The position numbers were made by a program, and so were the translations under genes. Shown piece by piece: positions 62,536-64,000 of a stretch of 64,000 nt of DNA. The stretch spans positions 17,050,619 to 17,114,618 of the forward strand of contig NC_083409.1 of assembly GCF_020745735.1 (NCBI RefSeq), in the 5' to 3' direction. Source of the stretch: Hemiscyllium ocellatum. Taxonomy: Eukaryota. How positions within the stretch are numbered: position 1 is the first letter of the stretch; each line of letters begins with the position of its first letter. Below the pieces are notes generated by a model that made no database searches, was not told the DNA's origin, and was given only the letters and a program-made list of their open reading frames with translations.

Positions 62536-62650
62536 CCAGTCCGCTAATTTTTCGAGTAGCACTGCTCAAAGCTTTCTTAGTATCCATCACTGTGTCTGTC
62601 ACTGCAGTAGTGGTGGGTACAGCTTCAAGCCTGTTTTCTATGTGCCGCAA
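62536..62650 (-). CDS. CEP350: CEP350-like exon (LRHIENRLEAVPTTTAVTDTVMDTKKALSSATRKISGL)
   Basis: AG acceptor, G|gtaagt donor, phase 0 to 1; matches human LRHIENKLEVAPTSTAVCDSVMDTKKSSTSATRKIS. Confidence 0.9.
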
Positions 62651-63724
62651 CTTGGGATGAAAGAAAAATAATGAATCAAACACAATGCAAGTTAAAATAG
62701 TATGTTTCCTGCAGTAAAAACTCTTAGGATAGAGCCAGGCAGGAATCAAAGGGGAACTAGAAAACATGCAGGGTGTCAAACATATATTTTGAGGGAAACT
62801 GGAAGCTAAGAAGCAGGAAATGTCAGGGTGAGACTGGGAAGTATGGAGCTAAAATGTTCAGCAGACAGAATGACCTGAGATATGGAGGGGGGCAGGGCAG
62901 AAAAGAGTTGGAAAAGTAAACGGGAGCCACAAACAAATCTGTACATAGGAACTTTGAAACTGAAGGACTGGGTTAAGGCAGAGAATGAAATTAAGTAACA
63001 AGAGGGTGATAAGCGAGCAGGGCGATGATGCAGAAGATAGAATGTGTAGAAATGTACAGCATGGAATTAAAGTTTTGGAATGGTTTTGGTAGGTGCCACC
63101 CTGTCAGTCTTAGAGAGCTTCTGTAAGTGTATTAAGCAAATGGTACAGATTGGTGCTGAGTGTTGAAGGTGGAGGAAGTGCAGGTTTGTGCATGTGGTGT
63201 TAGCCCTCAGCTGTTCTGTCCCAAATAGTGTCAAGCTTCTTCAGTATTACCAGATCTGCACTCATCCAGGCAAGTTGAAAGTATTCCATCACACTACTGA
63301 ATTGTGCAATGTAGATGGTGAACTGCAATATGTGCTAGTAATTCAACCAGGCAGCCAAAAACAATCATGGGACAGCAAATGTTATTTTAACTGGCACTTT
63401 ATGAACTGTTGCTCTTAATAAACCAACAAAAATTATACACCTGAAATACTCGAAGGTCACCGCATTTTCATGGTGTCAGAGTAGTCAGTTGAGGCTGTAA
63501 GTGAGAAGGCACTCTGCCATTAAGTTTTATTTAAGGCAAATGTGCATGCTTGTTTCAGTGAGTTATACGACAAATAAAGTGATGTGTATACCCCTGCATT
63601 AGGTTTCTATTACTAAGCATTGATTATGTCAGTCTGTTTGACACTGGAATATTTGATCAACCAGCGCTCCTGGTCCCATTGGTGACAGTTAATAAAACAT
63701 TTACTGTATCTTCAAACAGACATG

Positions 63725-63960
63725 GCGGGAAAGGCTTAGTAGGTCTGGCAGCATCTGTAGAGAGAAATCAGTTAACATTTCAGGTGCAGTGACTCTTCCT
63801 CACAACATGTAGAGAAATAAGAGTTATTGTTGCAGTGTTCAGAGGAAGGATCGCTGAACCCGAAATGATTACGGATTTCTCTCCACAGATGCTGCCAGAC
63901 CTTCTGAGGCTTTCCAGCAATTTTTTTTGTTTCAGATTTCCAGCAGTTCTTTTGGTTTTT
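63725..63960. mobile_element. Palindromic element (second family) with a short spacer and mutated hammerhead cores
   Basis: aggtctggcagcatctgtagagagaaatc / gatttctctccacagatgctgccagacct. Confidence 0.75.
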
Positions 63961-64000
63961 GTGCTGTATATTCAATCAAGGTTTTGCTGGGGATCTGATT

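Larger units (their letters stand above)
20440..62650 (-). pseudogene. CEP350: CEP350 (centrosomal protein 350)-like gene, internally deleted, probably a decaying duplicate; 5' exons lie beyond the window
   Basis: Twenty collinear exons match recalled human CEP350 from LRHIENKLE to the C-terminal VQELHEEEAQWVNYDEDELCVKMQLAD. Two large coding blocks are absent, one acceptor is lost and several conserved Arg are changed to Cys/His/Trp. Identity is near certain; pseudogene status is inferred. Confidence 0.7.

Overview
Cartilaginous-fish (shark-type) genomic DNA, inferred from HE1/V-SINE-like SINEs, abundant CR1/L2 LINE fragments and a shark-type Ig light-chain exon. Left to right: (1) the end of a J-C intron and an intact kappa-like Ig light-chain constant exon (+, 1378-1706); no V or J is seen in the window. 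(2) Two minus-strand exons missed by the ORF track that encode the C-terminal ribonuclease (KEN) domain of an RNase L homologue (9629-9753 and 5427-5547). The first has a premature stop and a broken splice acceptor. (3) Unassigned exon-like segments at about 14.2-17.1 kb and a 5'-truncated L1. (4) Twenty minus-strand exons of a CEP350 homologue (20440-62650, continuing past the window). It lacks two large internal blocks, including the CAP-Gly region, and shows splice lesions and CpG-type Arg losses, so it is probably a decaying duplicate. About a dozen short, often palindromic, elements carry minimal type I hammerhead ribozyme motifs of the Penelope-like kind (CTGAnGA-stem-GAAACGTC); the best preserved is at 17245-17281 (-). 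Gene identities rest on my translation and recalled human sequences, not on database searches. Repeat boundaries are approximate.
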